From the IMG/VR virus record IMGVR_UViG_3300025646_005140, positions 1-24,314 of that record: a DNA stretch of 24,314 nucleotides; one strand, 5' to 3'. Origin of the DNA: a virus (lineage: Duplodnaviria > Caudoviricetes). The first letter of the stretch is position 1; each line of letters starts with the position of its first letter. Below are positions 8,800-16,505 of this stretch, piece after piece. Under the pieces are notes generated by a model, which had not been told where the DNA came from, made no database searches, and saw only the letters and a list, made by a program, of their open reading frames with translations. A program made the translations under genes and the position numbers.

Positions 8800-9560
8800 A
8801 AGTATATTTTAACGCAAACAACAAAGCAACAAGACAGGCACTGATAGATTGTGGAGTCAAAAATGTCATGGTTGCTCACAAATATACATGGGCTAGTATA
8901 GATTCATACAGAGATAATTTTGATTCTGTTTTTGTTGTTGCAGGAGTAAAAGGAGATCAAGACAAATATTTGAATTGGTTAATTAAAAATAAAGAAAAAT
9001 ATGATTACGCTACTCAATTTGATGTATTTTATGACATGAACGCAACAATGAAGAATCTGGAAAAAGAAAGAGAAATGGGAATAGATTGGACACTTCCAGT
9101 GTTACAGCAGAATTTTCTACAGCATTTGTCAAAATTAAAACCAAAGAAAGATGACTATGTATGTTTGGGGGAGATAAAAGGAAAAATAGAAATGGAAGAT
9201 CAAATAAGAAAACTACCACCATTACAATATCATGGACTAGCAAAAGGTAACTTTATACAAAGAAACAGAATGTTCAAATCAATAGACACAAGTGCATGGA
9301 TATCTGCAGCAGTATCAAAGAAAACAGAAATATGGTTAAACAACAACACAATATCAATGTTTTTTGGAAACAAAGGAAAAGGCATGGTATCACAACTGCA
9401 ATTCTATTTAGAAAAATACAAAGACAATATGGAAAAAGTTGGAATAACAAAACAACAGATACTTGATAATGATTACAATGCATTACTTAAATTTCCAATA
9501 GCAACATTGTTTATGCCTATGTGTAAAAGTTTTAACATATATGATGATAATTTCAAATAA
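8796..9560 (+). CDS. TGT/DpdA-like (guanine transglycosylase fold) protein with divergent active site
   Basis: Motif order MKVYF, QFDV, LPVLQ, YVCLG, YHGLA, SIDTSAW matches viral TGT-like proteins (PVxH, IxxGG, HxFG, SxDSxxW). The DSG motif is not visible (FVVAG instead). TTG start overlaps the upstream TGA. Confidence 0.6.
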   Translation: MKVYFNANNKATRQALIDCGVKNVMVAHKYTWASIDSYRDNFDSVFVVAGVKGDQDKYLNWLIKNKEKYDYATQFDVFYDMNATMKNLEKEREMGIDWTLPVLQQNFLQHLSKLKPKKDDYVCLGEIKGKIEMEDQIRKLPPLQYHGLAKGNFIQRNRMFKSIDTSAWISAAVSKKTEIWLNNNTISMFFGNKGKGMVSQLQFYLEKYKDNMEKVGITKQQILDNDYNALLKFPIATLFMPMCKSFNIYDDNFK

Positions 9561-9561
9561 C

Positions 9562-9569
9562 TTTAAATA
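9562..9569 (+). promoter_or_regulatory. TATA-box-like element with no protein gene at the expected distance
   Basis: TTTAAATA. Other TATA elements here lie 27-31 nt before start codons, which predicts a start near G9591. Confidence 0.5.
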
Positions 9570-9590
9570 AAACTATCACATATGCAATAC

Positions 9591-9690
9591 GACTGTCAGG
9601 GATTACCCTAATACGGTAGCCCTCTTAAGTCCGTTCTTCCAGGTCGGAAGTGAGTGAACACGTAAGATTCACTCCTTTCCTTTGGGAAAT
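9591..9690 (+). ncRNA. Candidate structured non-coding RNA (four hairpins); strand not certain
   Basis: 47/100 GC against an AT-rich background. Stems are GACT/AGTC, AGGGATTACC/GGTAGCCCT, CTTCC/GGAAG, GAGTGAA/TTCACTC and TTTCC/GGAAA. Confidence 0.5.
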
Positions 9691-9691
9691 A

Positions 9692-9699
9692 TTTATATA
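9692..9699 (+). promoter_or_regulatory. TATA box of the terminase operon
   Basis: TTTATATA 31 nt before ATG 9723, with no Shine-Dalgarno (leaderless). Confidence 0.6.
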
Positions 9700-9722
9700 A
9701 TTTGTTTTATTAATTTTCATAT

Positions 9723-10244
9723 ATGCCTGATGATATTAAGTTAAAAGAGAATAACGGCAAACTAGAAGCGAGTATCGATAAAAGAAAATCTATTAGTTCA
9801 TTTAACGCAGCAAAGCATTTGAGATCAGCAGAACTTCCTGCACTTTGTAACGATTGTATTTACAGATCCATTGATACAGGGGGGAATGGAAAATGCCCAA
9901 AATATGAAGCAGATGCAACGTGTGCAATACGAGCAGATATACAAAAAGTAATAGGAGATATGGACACAAGAGATCCAGAACAACTAAAAGGCATACTTGA
10001 TTATCTAGTAAAACTATACACAGAACAGATATTTGTAGCACTAGGAGAATCCAAGATGGACGGAAACATACCTGATAGAAACACAAACGCACAATTAAAC
10101 TCACTACTAAAAATTATCAACACTATGATAGAATTATCAGGTAAGGTAGAGATTAAAGAAACACAGGTATTTGACGAGAAGAATATAATGAAAAGCATCT
10201 TTAAAGAAATGACAGCAAAGAAATCTATGATGGAGAATGGCTAG
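9723..10244 (+). CDS. Probable terminase small subunit with a 4-Cys metal-binding motif
   Basis: Directly upstream of and overlapping TerL. CNDC..KCPKY....TC followed by a helical region. Assignment is mainly positional. Confidence 0.5.
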   Translation: MPDDIKLKENNGKLEASIDKRKSISSFNAAKHLRSAELPALCNDCIYRSIDTGGNGKCPKYEADATCAIRADIQKVIGDMDTRDPEQLKGILDYLVKLYTEQIFVALGESKMDGNIPDRNTNAQLNSLLKIINTMIELSGKVEIKETQVFDEKNIMKSIFKEMTAKKSMMENG

Positions 10245-11634
10245 ACCAACAGAAGATGATATTAAGAAACGAGAAGAGTTTGTAAGAACATTTGTAGAAT
10301 GTGCTCAGACTCCATCAAAGTTTTCAGAAGTATTTCTTAATCATGGATTATTTGAATATAACAAAAGATATGTTAATTGTCTAGATAGATTCATAGTATA
10401 TCGTAGTGGTAGACAGGTAGGTAAAACCATGTCAACTGCTGTCAAAGCCATACATTTTGCTTTCTTTGCTCCTATGCTTTTAGAGACAGTTGATAAGGAA
10501 TGTACTATTTTGATTGTTGCACCTACCCAAAACCAGGCAAGTATTATGTACGATAGAATCAGAGCATTGATTATGGGAAGTGATATTCTTGAAGATTACA
10601 TTGTAAGAAACACACAAACTGAAATGTGGTTAAGATGGTTAGATGATAGAGGAACTACAAAGATAGTTACTCGTGCAACAGGTGAATCAGGTACAGGACT
10701 TAGAGGTTATTCTCCACACGTTATCATAGTTGACGAATGTTCGTTTGTAAAAGAAGATATACTTACAGCATTATTCCCTGCAGGTTCTGCAACTAAAGCA
10801 AGAGTATGGCTGACATCAACTCCGTTTTCAATGATGGGTTATTTTTACAATGCTTGTAATAACTCTAAAACAATTAACGGAGAACCTGTATCAAGTGATG
10901 GACAATGGACACAGTTTCATGTAAGATCAACCGACAACCCATTGATTGCAAATGATCCAGAGTATATGAAATTCCTGGAAAACCAAACAAGAGAAAGTTA
11001 TGCACTTGAAGTGTTAGGTGAATTCCTGGAAATTGGTAACGCATTGATACCACAAAATCTTTTGCAAGATGCAATGGTAGAGAGTCACCCAGATGGTAGC
11101 ACTAGATATTATGTTGGTGTTGACGTTGCAAGAAGTGGTATGGACGAAACAGTATTTACTGTAATTGGATTAGATGAAAAAGATACAGTTCATGTAGTTT
11201 GGCAAGAAAAAGAGGGTCAATCAAACATTGTAGATGTAGCAGGTAAGACACAAGAGTTAGCAGAAAAGTTTCACGCAGAAATGGTTTACGTTGATGAAAC
11301 AGGATTGGGAGCAGGACTATATGATTTGCTACAAGAACGTGCTGTAGTTGTAAGAGGCATAGTATTTTCACTTAAAGAAAAAGAATCTATATACAAGAAT
11401 CTTAGAGTGTTGTTTGAACAGAAACGCATTAAGATAGGGGGGAGACAAGAATTAGCAAAACAACTAGGAATGTTAAGAAGAGAATACACAGAAACAAAAC
11501 TCATGAAGATAAAATCAGAATACAAAGATGATCATGCAGATTCACTAGCAATAGCCTGTCAAGCAGTAGCCACAGGAGATCAATGGCACGTAGTTAAGAT
11601 GTCACAAAAGTTACATGACAGTCTATTCGGTTAA
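10237..11634 (+). CDS. terL: Terminase large subunit
   Basis: Walker A SGRQVGKT, APTQNQA, LRG, Walker B VIIVDE, coupling motif TSTP, nuclease motifs GVDVARSGMDET, VDETGLG and DDHADSLA. Confidence 0.95.
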   Translation: MARPTEDDIKKREEFVRTFVECAQTPSKFSEVFLNHGLFEYNKRYVNCLDRFIVYRSGRQVGKTMSTAVKAIHFAFFAPMLLETVDKECTILIVAPTQNQASIMYDRIRALIMGSDILEDYIVRNTQTEMWLRWLDDRGTTKIVTRATGESGTGLRGYSPHVIIVDECSFVKEDILTALFPAGSATKARVWLTSTPFSMMGYFYNACNNSKTINGEPVSSDGQWTQFHVRSTDNPLIANDPEYMKFLENQTRESYALEVLGEFLEIGNALIPQNLLQDAMVESHPDGSTRYYVGVDVARSGMDETVFTVIGLDEKDTVHVVWQEKEGQSNIVDVAGKTQELAEKFHAEMVYVDETGLGAGLYDLLQERAVVVRGIVFSLKEKESIYKNLRVLFEQKRIKIGGRQELAKQLGMLRREYTETKLMKIKSEYKDDHADSLAIACQAVATGDQWHVVKMSQKLHDSLFG

Positions 11635-11664
11635 CTTTATATACTAAAATCATACATTAAAATC

Positions 11665-12651
11665 ATGGTTGAAGTTACCAAACCAAGAAGAAAACCAGCT
11701 ATTTTAAACCCAACAACAGGGGAAACTGGACACTTTAGACAGGTTCAAGGCAGACACGTATTCGTACCATCTGGAGAAGAACCAGCAGAAGAGGTAGGAG
11801 AAAAAGAATTAGAACGTTGGGAACATCCTACACCAACATTCAGAGCAGAAAAAAACACGTATGGATACGGTCAACCAAACGATAACTCTAATCCTAGACC
11901 TGATGAAACATGGAGAGGAACAAGAGGAGATGCTATTGAAAGTGAAACTTATATAGTATCAAGTACAAAAGTTGATATGGACAAGTTAGCAGAAACAAAA
12001 CTTGGAGATGTAATTAAATATTATATAAATGGTAAACAAGATGAGGGAACTGTAGTAAGTATTAGTGGAGAATATGTTAAACTATTAAAAGCAAGTGGTA
12101 TGTACGAAGACATTCATATCAATGATACATTCCAAGTATCTGAAATTGTTAAAGGAAAACCATGGAATAAATTAACAATTGAAGAGAAATCAGAAGCATT
12201 AACAAAAGCAAGATGTCCATTATCTTATATTACAAGAAGTTGGTATGACATTCCTGCAGAAGCAAGAAAGGTAATTGTTGCAAAATCTGACGTAGAAGAA
12301 GGCAACTATGGTGGTGTTCCAACCAATACATTCTTTGATGCTGACGAAGACTACGAGGGAGAGAGTCACAGAAAAATTGACAACGAATTTCAACACGTAA
12401 CAGAGCAACCAAAAACAAGTCAAACAGGTCATAAGAAAAAAGTAGATTCACAATTAGAAAGAGGACAAATTGCAGGTGTATCAGATAAAGCAGAAGAGGA
12501 GGAAGAAGTAGAAAAAGAAGGATTCTCAACAGCAGATGCAGGAGCATACAATGCAGTTCATAATGTTAAACCAGAAGATGATAAGAAAAAGTTTTATGGT
12601 GTTCCAGAATCATCAGGCAATGATTATTGGTTCAGACAAACAAAGGGTTAA
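11665..12651 (+). CDS. Acidic hypothetical protein, possibly head-associated
   Basis: 328-aa ORF with its own TATA (TTTATATA 11636). SH3-like segment KLGDVIKYY..GTVVSISGEYVKL and E-rich low-complexity stretches. Confidence 0.6.
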   Translation: MVEVTKPRRKPAILNPTTGETGHFRQVQGRHVFVPSGEEPAEEVGEKELERWEHPTPTFRAEKNTYGYGQPNDNSNPRPDETWRGTRGDAIESETYIVSSTKVDMDKLAETKLGDVIKYYINGKQDEGTVVSISGEYVKLLKASGMYEDIHINDTFQVSEIVKGKPWNKLTIEEKSEALTKARCPLSYITRSWYDIPAEARKVIVAKSDVEEGNYGGVPTNTFFDADEDYEGESHRKIDNEFQHVTEQPKTSQTGHKKKVDSQLERGQIAGVSDKAEEEEEVEKEGFSTADAGAYNAVHNVKPEDDKKKFYGVPESSGNDYWFRQTKG

Positions 12652-12676
12652 ATACTAGTTATATAACTAATAGTTG

Positions 12677-12817
12677 TTGAAAAACAACAAAGTATTTTAC
12701 TGTATAGAATGTGGATCAGAACTACCTCCACGTTATAAAGGAAGACAGAGAATATATTGTGGTAATATATGTAGAAAAGCATATACAACAAAACACCCAA
12801 AGGAGAATAAGAAATGA
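12677..12817 (+). CDS. 46-aa TRASH-like zinc-finger microprotein
   Basis: FYCIECGSELPPRYKGRQRIYCGNICRK. TTG start 29 nt after TTAAATA (12648). ATGA overlap with the next gene. Confidence 0.7.
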   Translation: MKNNKVFYCIECGSELPPRYKGRQRIYCGNICRKAYTTKHPKENKK

Positions 12818-12912
12818 AATACACTTGTAAAATATGTAAGAAAGTAATTGAAGACACATCATTCGCATTACAAAGAGATGCAATAACAAAACATGAGAGG
12901 ACACATAAATGA
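12814..12912 (+). CDS. 32-aa C2H2 zinc-finger microprotein
   Basis: MKYTCKICKKVIEDTSFALQRDAITKHERTHK. ATGA overlaps at both ends. Confidence 0.75.
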   Translation: MKYTCKICKKVIEDTSFALQRDAITKHERTHK

Positions 12913-13058
12913 GTAAAGAACAAAATGTCTATGTAAAAATGTGGACTAAAACAAAATCATATTATGAAAAACTTTTATTAGATTGTACTGTAGAAGAAAA
13001 AGAATGGTATCAAAAAAGAATACAATCTTGCGAGAGGTTGTTGGCTAGTGTGGAATAA
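12909..13058 (+). CDS. 49-aa helical hypothetical protein
   Basis: MSKEQNVYVKMW...RLLASVE. Coupled to the upstream gene and overlaps the next start. Confidence 0.65.
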   Translation: MSKEQNVYVKMWTKTKSYYEKLLLDCTVEEKEWYQKRIQSCERLLASVE

Positions 13059-13305
13059 ATTCTGGACATGGTACGAAGATAAGATTCTTGGTAGCGTTAT
13101 ACTTATAGCAATTATTCAGTTCATACAAATTCCACATATGATATGGAATGCTGATATGATGTTAGAATCTGGAATGGTTTCTAGAATACATCCAGTAATT
13201 GATTGGTTTCTATACGGAGTAGACTTGGTAGAAATAGTATCCATAGTAAACGTTGGTATGATAATGTATAGCCTTTTAAAGAAAAAATACAGCAAAGCAT
13301 TATAA
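13048..13305 (+). CDS. Small membrane protein (about two TM segments)
   Basis: Hydrophobic ILGSVILIAIIQFIQI and LVEIVSIVNVGMIMYSLL, basic tail, GAGAGG upstream of GTG. Confidence 0.7.
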   Translation: MWNKFWTWYEDKILGSVILIAIIQFIQIPHMIWNADMMLESGMVSRIHPVIDWFLYGVDLVEIVSIVNVGMIMYSLLKKKYSKAL

Positions 13306-13327
13306 GTAAGAACAACCTAATAATATC

Positions 13328-13516
13328 ATGAAAACATGGTGGTGGGTTGCCAGTGGAATATTGCTATGTGTATTTTTACCAGCAGGTATTATAATGGTAG
13401 CAGCAACCATACTTAAAGAAATATCAGAATTCTTTTATAAACTTGAACAAGAAAATACATATCAACCAATAGAACAAAATACATATTTTGAAGATACTTT
13501 AAAAGAATATAAATGA
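13328..13516 (+). CDS. Small membrane protein
   Basis: N-terminal hydrophobic WWWVASGILLCVFLPAGIIMVAATIL. TTATAAG 28 nt upstream. Confidence 0.65.
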   Translation: MKTWWWVASGILLCVFLPAGIIMVAATILKEISEFFYKLEQENTYQPIEQNTYFEDTLKEYK

Positions 13517-13893
13517 ACATATATTGTGACGGTGGAACAAGAGGAGGAGTAATCTGTATTGTCCACGATGATAAGATTATAGTCAAAAAGAGGGGGGTAA
13601 AATACACCAATAACGAACTAGAATACCTCGCCCTCATATACGCCATAGAATACATAAGGACAAACCAGCTAACAAACGTAACAATATACAGTGATTCTAA
13701 ACTAATAGTCAATCAAGTCAACGGTAAATGGAGAGTAACTACCGAAGCTCTAACCAAGTTACATGAGAAAGCAACGACAAAATTATCCAAGTGTTGTAGT
13801 GTACAACTTTGTTGGATCAGGCGTGAACGTAATAAAGCAGGTATTCATCTTGATAGAATCAAGGCTTCACTTCGGGGTCATCACAATTATTAG
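13513..13893 (+). CDS. rnhA: Ribonuclease HI-family protein
   Basis: IYCDGG, TNNELEY.AL, IYSDSKLIVNQVNGKW and WIRRERN. The fourth Asp is missing (NKAG). Confidence 0.9.
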   Translation: MNIYCDGGTRGGVICIVHDDKIIVKKRGVKYTNNELEYLALIYAIEYIRTNQLTNVTIYSDSKLIVNQVNGKWRVTTEALTKLHEKATTKLSKCCSVQLCWIRRERNKAGIHLDRIKASLRGHHNY

Positions 13894-13980
13894 AATTATT
13901 GTGTAAGTGTCTACCTGTCGTTACATTATAAAACTTGAAACATTTGAAACAAAATAAATAGCTCATGATAAAAAAAGGAA

Positions 13981-14313
13981 TTATTGTTTAGGAGGAAACA
14001 TAGATAATGCTAACATTGTACGATTGGTTTTCTCTGCTTGTCTTTCGACAACCCAACAGTCAAGTCCATCACTTGCATCTTTCTCTAAACATTTTGCAAC
14101 TACATCATTCCAATATTCACTCTTTGCTTGACCAATAATGGTTTTACCAAATGAGTGTCTAGTGCCTTCTGTAGTTTTGATTTCTGCGATATCAGAACCA
14201 ACACCTTCAACATATTTTACATTAAAACCTTGAATGACAATTTTGTCTCCTCCTCTTAATGCTGTTGAATTACCGTGTGATTGTTCGATATCCATTACGT
14301 CACTAACGTTCAT
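13981..14313 (-). CDS. Hypothetical protein, possibly OB-fold ssDNA-binding
   Basis: Own TATA (TTTATATT, 30 nt upstream) and oligo-T downstream. Beta-rich pattern. The function is a weak inference. Confidence 0.6.
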   Translation of the reverse strand: MNVSDVMDIEQSHGNSTALRGGDKIVIQGFNVKYVEGVGSDIAEIKTTEGTRHSFGKTIIGQAKSEYWNDVVAKCLEKDASDGLDCWVVERQAEKTNRTMLALSMFPPKQ

Positions 14314-14375
14314 TGTTTAGTATAGAAAATAGTTGAATATAAAGCTTAATAGAAAAAAAAGAAATGTTGTAAAGA

Positions 14376-14504
14376 TTAGTGGATAGTTCTCCCCAAACGG
14401 AAATTCTTACCCCTTTTCTCTAATTCTTTACTAACACTAGATGCCTTTTCAATAGGCACTACTTGTGGAGCATCAAGCCCCTCAATGTGTAATTCAATGA
14501 ACAT
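14376..14504 (-). CDS. 42-aa hypothetical protein
   Basis: MFIELHIEGLDAPQVVPIEKASSVSKELEKRGKNFRLGRTIH. TTTATTAA 30 nt upstream and T8 downstream (14353-14360). Confidence 0.65.
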   Translation of the reverse strand: MFIELHIEGLDAPQVVPIEKASSVSKELEKRGKNFRLGRTIH

Positions 14505-14553
14505 AGAGGGAGTTAAACAAATTGTATTAATAAAGTTATTCGATATATGAGAT

Positions 14554-14625
14554 TTATAAAGTATGTATAGGACAGTTTTTGTGGACTTTGTTTTTTTCGC
14601 ATTTACATCTCATGTCGTAACACAT
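14554..14625 (-). CDS. 23-aa Cys/His micropeptide (CxC...CPIH)
   Basis: MCYDMRCKCEKNKVHKNCPIHTL with an AGGTGGAG ribosome-binding site upstream. Confidence 0.45.
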   Translation of the reverse strand: MCYDMRCKCEKNKVHKNCPIHTL

Positions 14626-14638
14626 GAGGTCACTCCAC

Positions 14639-14902
14639 CTAGTCAACTCTGTAAACGTATGAACAGCCACACATACATCTCTCCCTTTTTATATATCCAC
14701 TATTGGTTAGGTCAGTAAATGCTCTTTCAACAACTCTTCTTGATAGGCTTTTATCCTTACTGTAGAAATCATTTATGATGGTTGGTTTCCCTTGAGATTT
14801 AACAAATGCCAATACTTTTTGTTTTGTTGTTAATTTGGATTTTATTGATTTGGTATTGGATATTGTTTTTTTCTTTACCCTTATTGGTTTAGATATGACC
14901 AA
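14639..14902 (-). CDS. Winged helix-turn-helix protein with a CxCGC wing
   Basis: TKQKVLAFVK...LSRRVVERAFTDLTNSGYIKR...VYRV. TTG at 14902 follows GGAGGGT; the track start is 14923. Confidence 0.75.
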   Translation of the reverse strand: MVISKPIRVKKKTISNTKSIKSKLTTKQKVLAFVKSQGKPTIINDFYSKDKSLSRRVVERAFTDLTNSGYIKRERCMCGCSYVYRVD

Positions 14903-15689
14903 CGATCTTACCCTCCAATGCATTGATTGATAGAGTTGCTGTTCCAGTTTTGGAATATACTACTTCATTTTTTCTATCCATATAACCATCTGTATCATCT
15001 ACTAATGTTCTGCAGAATGTTCCTGCATTAACTAGATGAATATCTCTTTCCCATCTTTGACCTGATCTAAAGTCAAAGTCGTTTGCTATTTCAGGTTGGT
15101 ATCTTTTCTGATGTAGGTGTCCACATATGAAAATATCAGCATAGACATTCTTCTTCATTTGTTGGAACATTGTTTCAGGTTTTCCACCACCACTTCCATG
15201 TATTGCAAGTATTACCCATTGACCTAATACTTTTGACTTGTGTTTAACTTCAAGTCCAATCAATGCTCTGCTACCAAGAAACTCTATGTTGTTTGGTTCA
15301 CAGAACTGATTTTCAATGTAGGATCTAGTAATTGCCTGAATATTATATTCATGATTACCATGCAAAAGCCCCCAGATCTTTTCGTTCTTTGCTTCCTTAT
15401 GAACATCAATCAAAGGCTGTGTCAGTTTCTGCCATAGTTTTCTTTGATTATCTATGTCATGTTCATCTGACATATCTGGATTGAATCTCTTATCATAAGT
15501 AGAAATTGCATCTAACTGATCTCCTAGAAACAAAGTATATCTGTTGTCTTCCTTTGCAATAGCGTTTATTCTATTTTTATACAAATCTTTGTCGAATCCA
15601 ATATGACCGACATGAATATCGCTCAAAGGTTCAAGATGAATTATATCATCTTTTTTTTGTAACTCAATGGTTACTTTCTTGCTGAACAT
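14889..15689 (-). CDS. Calcineurin-like metallophosphoesterase
   Basis: All five motifs present: SDIH.G, LGDQ.D, GNHE, IHG, GHLH. TTTATAA 31 nt upstream. Confidence 0.9.
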   Translation of the reverse strand: MFSKKVTIELQKKDDIIHLEPLSDIHVGHIGFDKDLYKNRINAIAKEDNRYTLFLGDQLDAISTYDKRFNPDMSDEHDIDNQRKLWQKLTQPLIDVHKEAKNEKIWGLLHGNHEYNIQAITRSYIENQFCEPNNIEFLGSRALIGLEVKHKSKVLGQWVILAIHGSGGGKPETMFQQMKKNVYADIFICGHLHQKRYQPEIANDFDFRSGQRWERDIHLVNAGTFCRTLVDDTDGYMDRKNEVVYSKTGTATLSINALEGKIVGHI

Positions 15690-15713
15690 AGTATAGTAGA
15701 AATATATTGTTGG

Positions 15714-16085
15714 TTATAAAGCTTTTGCATATCTTTCATAATGAGGGTCATTTTTCCAATAAATTAACACGGACTTTGGAATTTCATTTACCATCATCAT
15801 GTAATCAAGATCTGTTAATATCTCATTTGTAGGATGATATTTTTTCAAATGCTCTTCTAATTTTTCTATGCTTCTACATAATCCAAAATTTGATTCACTG
15901 CATAATTCACATAAGAATACGTCATTCTTTGTAAGTGTTTTATTCATTACTTTTTCTGGAACTTTGCCACACCATTTTCCGTATTTGTTTTTGTGTTGCA
16001 TAAGTTTCCATTTGCCTGTAGCATCGTGATAAGCATGATCCCAATCAAGGTTCATGGTTCCACAACGATTACAGGTTTTAGGCAT
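15714..16085 (-). CDS. Zinc-finger protein (CxxC..H..C plus C2H2)
   Basis: CNRCG...H.....WC and CELC...HLKKYH. Confidence 0.75.
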   Translation of the reverse strand: MPKTCNRCGTMNLDWDHAYHDATGKWKLMQHKNKYGKWCGKVPEKVMNKTLTKNDVFLCELCSESNFGLCRSIEKLEEHLKKYHPTNEILTDLDYMMMVNEIPKSVLIYWKNDPHYERYAKAL

Positions 16086-16095
16086 TTTAAAAAAA

Positions 16096-16479
16096 TTAAG
16101 ATTGGGTTAGATATTGTTTTGTCATAAGCAATTGATCTGCTAACTTACTTCTTATTTGTCCAAATGTGTTTGTATTGGTATCTAGTTCTGGATATAAAGC
16201 AACTGCCATGTCATGTGCTTTTGCAATACAACATAGTAAAACATCTTCCGATTTTTCAAGTGCTTTAAAATATCCATCTTCTTTAACATCTGGTCTAACG
16301 GTTACGATCTCTTGTTTATAAGATGAAACAACATTACCTGATTTTTTCTTTTGCTCATTGAAACATTTTTCATCTACGCAGATGGCTCTTGGTTCTCGAC
16401 TATAATGAATGTCGAAATCCTTTTCCCATTCTTCTCCACATAATTTACAATGTCCAGAGAACTTTGCTTTGATTGTCAT
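16096..16479 (-). CDS. Zinc-ribbon plus helical domain hypothetical protein
   Basis: MTIKAKFSGHCKLCG...ICVDEKC. ATG 16479 lies 30 nt after TTAATATA, so it is preferred to the track start at 16530. Confidence 0.7.
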   Translation of the reverse strand: MTIKAKFSGHCKLCGEEWEKDFDIHYSREPRAICVDEKCFNEQKKKSGNVVSSYKQEIVTVRPDVKEDGYFKALEKSEDVLLCCIAKAHDMAVALYPELDTNTNTFGQIRSKLADQLLMTKQYLTQS

Positions 16480-16505
16480 TGTGGTATTATTATCATACTT
16501 ATATA

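Noticed and set aside
9582-9611. 9-codon ORF MQYDCQGLP
   Set aside because: ATG is only 20 nt from the TATA, upstream of the predicted start, and there is no ribosome-binding site.
9591-9690. tRNA, SRP RNA, hammerhead or group I intron identity for the hairpin cluster
   Set aside because: No cloverleaf or TTCGA arm. CCAGGTCGGAAG only loosely resembles SRP helix 8 and lacks AGCA. No CTGATGA/GAAA hammerhead core. Too short for a group I intron.
13859-13966. Minus-strand 35-aa ORF MSYLFCFKC...
   Set aside because: Starts right after an oligo-T terminator and overlaps the RNase H 3' end by 35 nt. Possible but unsupported.
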